A stretch of DNA of 36,570 nt, from the NCBI GenBank assembly GCA_964552525.1, contig CAZKHW010000001.1:1-36570 (forward strand), given 5' to 3'. Position 1 is the stretch's first letter, and every line of letters starts with the position of its first letter. The position numbers and the translations under genes are program-made. The notes under the pieces are model-generated. The model did not search any database. It was not told the DNA's origin and was given only the letters and a program-made list of their open reading frames with translations. Source of the DNA: an uncultured Ruminococcus sp. GTDB taxonomy: Bacteria; Bacillota; Clostridia; Oscillospirales; Ruminococcaceae. Shown in pieces: positions 32,389 to 36,570 of this stretch.

Positions 32389-32979
32389 ATGGCAACTAAG
32401 ACAGTTACATCAACGGCAAAACGAGGCAAGGACGGCATCACGCTCGGCAGCGGCAAGCTGTACGCCAGCCTGTACACGGACAGCGTACCGACCACGCTGG
32501 ATGCGGTCAAGGCATTATGCACAGAGACGAACCGTCTGGGCTACATCAAGGGCGGTGCAACGCTGAGTTACACGCAGGAAACCTACGAAGAAAAGGACGA
32601 TCTGGGCTATGTGCACAAGATCATCACGACCGAGGAAGAGGCGGTGCTGAAAGCCGGTCTGCTGACATGGAACGGCGCGGCACTGAAAACGATGATCGAC
32701 CGCTGCAAGGTAACGGAAAGCGATGGTGTCCGTATCACGAAGATCGGCGGCGCAAACAATGCACAGGGCGGCTATTATGTCGTTATCTTCCATCACGAGG
32801 ATAAGGCGGACGGCGATGTATGGATCACCATTGTGGGCAGGAACACGGCAGGCGCAGAGTTTGTATTTTCCACGGATGCAGGCACACAGGTAGAGCCGGA
32901 GTTCAAGGCGATTCCGTGCGATGATGACGGCACACTGGTGCAGATGTTTGAGGAAACCGGAACGGCAAGTGCCGCATAA
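32389..32979 (+). CDS. major tail protein
   Basis: 196 aa. AGGAGG RBS. Sequence and position (immediately before the chaperone pair) fit siphovirus major tail proteins. Confidence 0.8.
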   Translation: MATKTVTSTAKRGKDGITLGSGKLYASLYTDSVPTTLDAVKALCTETNRLGYIKGGATLSYTQETYEEKDDLGYVHKIITTEEEAVLKAGLLTWNGAALKTMIDRCKVTESDGVRITKIGGANNAQGGYYVVIFHHEDKADGDVWITIVGRNTAGAEFVFSTDAGTQVEPEFKAIPCDDDGTLVQMFEETGTASAA

Positions 32980-32994
32980 TATGGAGGATATATT

Positions 32995-33339
32995 ATGAAA
33001 AATCTTGATCTGAATGCACTGCACCAGCAGCCGACCATGTCTCTGACACTGAGGGACAAAAACAAAACGGTTCTGCATCTGAAAATGGCTACAGTGGCAA
33101 CTATTGAACGAATCCAGAATATTCTTTCCGATGTTCAGGAAATGAAGGATAAGGACATCATGAAATGTATCAACATGATGTATGATCTGACAGCTGACCT
33201 GCTGAGCTGTAACCGTGAGGGCATCACGCTGACGGCAGAAAGTCTGAAAACAAAATACAGAATCGATACGGATGACATGCTGGTGATTTTCAATGCCTAT
33301 CTGGGATTTGTCAACGAGGTAAAGTCAGCAAAAAACTGA
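32995..33339 (+). CDS. tail assembly chaperone (gpG analogue)
   Basis: 114 aa. GGAGG RBS. Ends at a slippery A AAA AAC heptamer followed by TGA. Confidence 0.75.
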   Translation: MKNLDLNALHQQPTMSLTLRDKNKTVLHLKMATVATIERIQNILSDVQEMKDKDIMKCINMMYDLTADLLSCNREGITLTAESLKTKYRIDTDDMLVIFNAYLGFVNEVKSAKN

Positions 33340-33623
33340 CACTGCCGTACTACCCCTATGCGGACAGTACGGCGCAAAATCACAAATATCAATACCAGAA
33401 CCACACGTTCTGGCTGAAACTGGTTTCTGACTACACTGGGCTGGATTTCTGCGGCGTTCTGTCCCTTCCGTATCTGACCTATCTGCACTGGCGCAGAGAT
33501 GCCTACATCCATCGGCTGGAGCAGTCGGAGCAAGGACGAGAGTATCTCGAAAATGCATGGCGCATGGAACAGACTGAGCCGGACAGGAAACGTCTGAGGG
33601 AGAAATACAAAGGCGGTGAGTAA
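32995..33623 (+). CDS. tail assembly chaperone G-T fusion made by -1 programmed frameshift
   Basis: The -1 frame after 33336 is open for 95 codons with no in-frame start codon (KKLTLPYYPYADST...LDFCGVLSLPYLTYLHWRRDAYIHRLEQSEQGREYLENAWRMEQ...). Its stop at 33621-33623 abuts the tape measure start. Confidence 0.7.
33330..33373 (+). promoter_or_regulatory. -1 frameshift signal: slippery heptamer plus stem-loop
   Basis: A AAA AAC at 33330-33336 in the zero frame. After a 7-nt spacer comes an 8-bp stem: GCCGTACT (33344-33351) / AGTACGGC (33366-33373). Confidence 0.7.
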
Positions 33624-36570
33624 TTGGCAAGTAAAACCATTAAGGGTCTAACGGTTGAAATCGGCGGCGATACAACAGAATTGCAAAAGGCTCTTAATAA
33701 AGCCGAAACGCACTCAAATAGTCTTGGCAGAGAATTGTCATCTTTAAACAAGCTGCTGAAATTCGACCCGGACAACGTGGACAAGCTCGTGCAGAAGCAG
33801 CAGATCCTGACGGAGCGCGTCGCCGCCACCAAAGAAAAACTGGACATCCTGAAAGAAGCAGAGGCACAGGTACAGGAACAGTTTGAAAAGGGGCAAATCA
33901 ATGCCGAGCAGATGCGTGCATTTCAGCGTGAGATCATGTACACGGAAAACCAGATGCACGGCTATGAAAAAGCCATCGAGGACACCGTCAAGCAGCTGGA
34001 TTCCGCCAGATTAAAGCAGGGAGAGGCGATCTCCTCATTTGGAATGCTGAAAACTGCCATTACAGAGCAGGAAAAGCAGCTTGCCGCATTAAAGGACAAG
34101 TACAAGGACACCGTTCATGCCGAAGGGGAAAATTCCACAGCGGCACGGGAGTTGAAGTCGGAGTATGACAAGCTCAATGCAGAACTGACAGAAAACAAGT
34201 CGAAGCTGAAAGAGGTCGAAAAGGCGGCTGACACACTGGGGCAGACAGAAAACGCTGCTTTGAAGCCGTTGAACGAGCTGAAAAGCCGTATTTCTGAGCA
34301 GGAAAAGACCCTTGGTGAGCTGACAAAAACATATCAGAGTACGGTTTTACAGTACGGCAGGAACTCCGCCGAAGCGCAGAAACTGGCGGCGAATATCAGG
34401 CAGCTGTCCCAGGAGCACACGGCGGCAAAGTCGAAGCTGTCGGAGTTGGAAAGGGCGGCAGAAGGTCTCGTTCCGGTTGAAAAAAGTCTGACAGAACGCC
34501 TGTCCGACCAGAAACAGGAACTTGAAAAGCTGAAAACGCAGTACGTCAATACAGCGGCACAGTACGGCAAGAATTCTGACGATGCAAAGAATCTCCGAAA
34601 AGAAATTCTGACCCTAGTCAGCCAGATCAACGCCGAAGAAAAGGCAGTGGAGAGCACCACCAAAGAGATCGCCGACATGACCGGCGAATCCGGAAAAGCA
34701 TCCAAAAAGCTGGATGACATGGGCGATTCTGCTGAAAAATCGGGAGATAAGCTGAAAAGCGCAGCATCAGCCATCGGCAATGCAGTGCGGACAATTGTCA
34801 CAGTAGGCGGTGCGGCGATTGCGGCGGCTGGTGCAGGGCTGGCGGCAATTACAAAGGAATCGCTGGACGCTTACGCAAGCTATGAACAGCTGGTCGGCGG
34901 CGTGGAAACGCTGTTCAAGGATTCTTCCGGCATCGTGCAGAGCTATGCAGAAAATGCCTACAAAACGGCTGGCATGTCTGCTAACACGTACATGGAGACG
35001 GTCACAGGGTTTTCTGCATCCCTGCTGCAATCGCTGGGCGGCAATACGGCACTGGCGGCGGACATTGCTGACATGGCGATTCAGGATATGGCAGACAATG
35101 CCAACAAAATGGGCACGGACATCGAGAGTATTCAGAACGCCTACCAGGGATTCGCCAAGCAGAACTATACCATGCTGGACAACCTCAAATTGGGCTATGG
35201 CGGTACTGCCACAGAGATGGCAAGGCTCATCAATGAAAGCGGTGTGTTAGGCGACAAGCTGATCGACCTGAGCGATACCAAGAACATCGGCAGCACTCTG
35301 TCAGAGGTCGGTTTTGCGAAGATGATCGAAGCCATTCATGCTGTGCAGGATGAAATGGGTATCACTGGCACGACTGCAAAAGAGGCTTCTGAAACTATCG
35401 AGGGTTCTGTGGCAAGTGCCAAGGCAGCATGGGAGAATCTGCTTGTCGGATTTGGCGATGAAAATGCAGATCTGGACGGATTATCACAAAAATTTGTAGA
35501 CAGTGTGACAACAGCAGCAAACAATCTTGTGCCACGCATTACACAGATTCTGAGCGGTATTGTCAGTGCAATTCCTGAGATCATGCCGGATATTCTGGCA
35601 CTTGGTGAGACCCTCCTTGATGAGGCTGTGAAAACACTTGACAAGCTGCTGAAAACCATTTCCGGACATGACAAAGACATTGCCGAAACGGCTGGAAAGC
35701 TGATAGAAAAATTACTTTCCGTGATTGTGGATGCCGTGCCTGCTATCGTACAGACAGGTGTTTCGCTGGTGGGCGCACTGTGTCAGGCGGTTCTGGATTT
35801 CCTTCCGGACATTGCAGACGCAGCGGTTGACCTGATAGAACAATTAGCTGTCACACTCGTGGAGAACATCCCGGCACTGCTGGAAGCCTGCGGACTGCTG
35901 ATCAACACCATTGTGGAACGGCTGCCGTCCCTGCTGCAAAATCTGCTGTCGGCCATTGTGCAGAATTTGCCCATGATACTGACCACGCTGTTTTCTGTCC
36001 TGCAAAGCATCGTAGAAACGCTGACCCAGTCTGTTTCTGAGCTTGCACCGATTATCAAAGATATTGTGATGCAGCTGACAAAAATGCTGATCGATGAATC
36101 ACCGACCCTTTTACAGGGTGCGATAGATTTATTCATGGCAATTCTAGACGCCGTTCCGGTGCTGATCGAGACGTTGATGCCGCTGGTTTCTGAAATCGTC
36201 ATGGCAGTCATTGATATGCTGACGAATAATTCTCCGAAAGTGCTTGATGTCTGCTTTAAACTGTTTGACATGCTGAAACAGGCAAATCTTGAATTCGCAC
36301 AGAAAATCATGGACATTCTGGGGGCATGGTTTGACACAGCCCTGACAACAATTGCAGACTGGTGGAAAACGCTGAAAAAGACCGCCACGGATATTGTTAA
36401 TTCTGTTGTTGACATCGTGAAAGGTATCACAAACAAGATGCGTGACGCAGGACACAACGTCCTTGCCGGGCTGATCGATGGTATTGTCGGCATGAAAGCC
36501 GATCTTATCCGGAAAGTGACAGAAATTGCTGACAGCATGATTCAGGCGATCACCAAGCCGTTCCAGATCC
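33624..36570 (+). CDS. tape measure protein (N-terminal 982 codons; continues beyond the window)
   Basis: I read the frame through by eye and found no stop as chunked; this should be rechecked by script. Putative TTG start at 33624. Absent from the ORF track because it has no stop in the window. Coiled-coil N-part, TM-like GGAAIAAAGAGLAAI, and the conserved core GGVETLFKDSS...NAYQGFAKQNYTMLDNLKLGYGGT...EMGITGTTAKEA. Confidence 0.9.
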   Translation, partial: MASKTIKGLTVEIGGDTTELQKALNKAETHSNSLGRELSSLNKLLKFDPDNVDKLVQKQQILTERVAATKEKLDILKEAEAQVQEQFEKGQINAEQMRAFQREIMYTENQMHGYEKAIEDTVKQLDSARLKQGEAISSFGMLKTAITEQEKQLAALKDKYKDTVHAEGENSTAARELKSEYDKLNAELTENKSKLKEVEKAADTLGQTENAALKPLNELKSRISEQEKTLGELTKTYQSTVLQYGRNSAEAQKLAANIRQLSQEHTAAKSKLSELERAAEGLVPVEKSLTERLSDQKQELEKLKTQYVNTAAQYGKNSDDAKNLRKEILTLVSQINAEEKAVESTTKEIADMTGESGKASKKLDDMGDSAEKSGDKLKSAASAIGNAVRTIVTVGGAAIAAAGAGLAAITKESLDAYASYEQLVGGVETLFKDSSGIVQSYAENAYKTAGMSANTYMETVTGFSASLLQSLGGNTALAADIADMAIQDMADNANKMGTDIESIQNAYQGFAKQNYTMLDNLKLGYGGTATEMARLINESGVLGDKLIDLSDTKNIGSTLSEVGFAKMIEAIHAVQDEMGITGTTAKEASETIEGSVASAKAAWENLLVGFGDENADLDGLSQKFVDSVTTAANNLVPRITQILSGIVSAIPEIMPDILALGETLLDEAVKTLDKLLKTISGHDKDIAETAGKLIEKLLSVIVDAVPAIVQTGVSLVGALCQAVLDFLPDIADAAVDLIEQLAVTLVENIPALLEACGLLINTIVERLPSLLQNLLSAIVQNLPMILTTLFSVLQSIVETLTQSVSELAPIIKDIVMQLTKMLIDESPTLLQGAIDLFMAILDAVPVLIETLMPLVSEIVMAVIDMLTNNSPKVLDVCFKLFDMLKQANLEFAQKIMDILGAWFDTALTTIADWWKTLKKTATDIVNSVVDIVKGITNKMRDAGHNVLAGLIDGIVGMKADLIRKVTEIADSMIQAITKPFQI
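34047..34705 (+). repeat. three divergent tandem ~73-aa coiled-coil repeats inside the tape measure gene
   Basis: Units start near 34047, 34269 and 34488. Each has the pattern (I/L)(T/S)EQEK.L..LK..Y...........NS..A..L........L......KSKL.E.E.AA. Confidence 0.55.

Larger units (their letters stand above)
11540..36570. mobile_element. prophage (siphovirus-like, HK97-type head, cos/HNH packaging); right part lies outside the window
   Basis: Continuous phage gene order: lysogeny module, early/recombination, replication, accessory ORFs, HNH-TerS-TerL-portal-protease-capsid-connectors-tail-chaperone-tape measure. The left boundary is uncertain and may extend to about 10,260 to include the cargo gene. 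Confidence 0.9.

Noticed and set aside
34334-36538. Minus-strand ORFs of 155, 114 and 251 aa, which are the only track entries in this region
   Set aside because: The plus-strand frame starting at 33624 is open to the window end and encodes a textbook tape measure core. It is missing from the track only because it has no stop codon within the window. The minus-strand frames are Ser/Ala-rich shadows.

Overview
The window comes from a moderately GC-rich Firmicutes/Clostridia-type chromosome. I infer this from protein sequences, AGGAGG-type ribosome-binding sites (RBS) and many TTGACA-17-TATAAT promoters. No database search was possible.

Bases 1 to about 10,100 are host backbone. They carry a truncated membrane-protein gene, tsf and rpsB (minus strand), a small membrane protein and a lipoprotein. 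They also carry a PflX-type radical SAM enzyme, an ECF sigma/anti-sigma pair and a VanY/M15 peptidase. A small HTH-like ORF and an operon of an XpaC-like membrane protein plus a substrate-binding/vWA protein complete this part.

From about 10.3-11.5 kb to the right edge lies the left ~25 kb of a siphovirus-type prophage:
- An AT-rich zinc-ribbon membrane cargo gene and an ImmA/XRE lysogeny module, both on the minus strand.
- One plus-strand early array: PcfK(AcrIIA9-family)-like, PcfJ-like, an HTH/coiled-coil protein, an SMC-like ATPase, a Cas4-like PD-(D/E)XK nuclease, an ERCC4 nuclease, SSB, a replisome organizer with internal iterons, and RusA.
- A block of small accessory ORFs: DUF551, YopX, a lipoprotein, zinc ribbons and one antisense moron.
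- An XRE-type HTH, HNH, TerS (P27 family), TerL, HK97-type portal/protease/capsid, connectors and the major tail protein.
- A G/G-T tail chaperone with a -1 frameshift, and a tape measure gene cut by the window end.

I saw no integrase, tRNA, rRNA or CRISPR array.

The best leads are:
- The early anti-defence-like PcfK/PcfJ pair.
- An ATPase plus two-nuclease module with no recognisable annealing protein.
- A 17-bp hairpin that buries the ImmA RBS.
- A ~50-nt direct repeat bracketing the cargo gene.
- An accessory small-ORF block capped by an HTH gene.

All functional calls rest on recalled family motifs and should be confirmed by HMM or structure searches.
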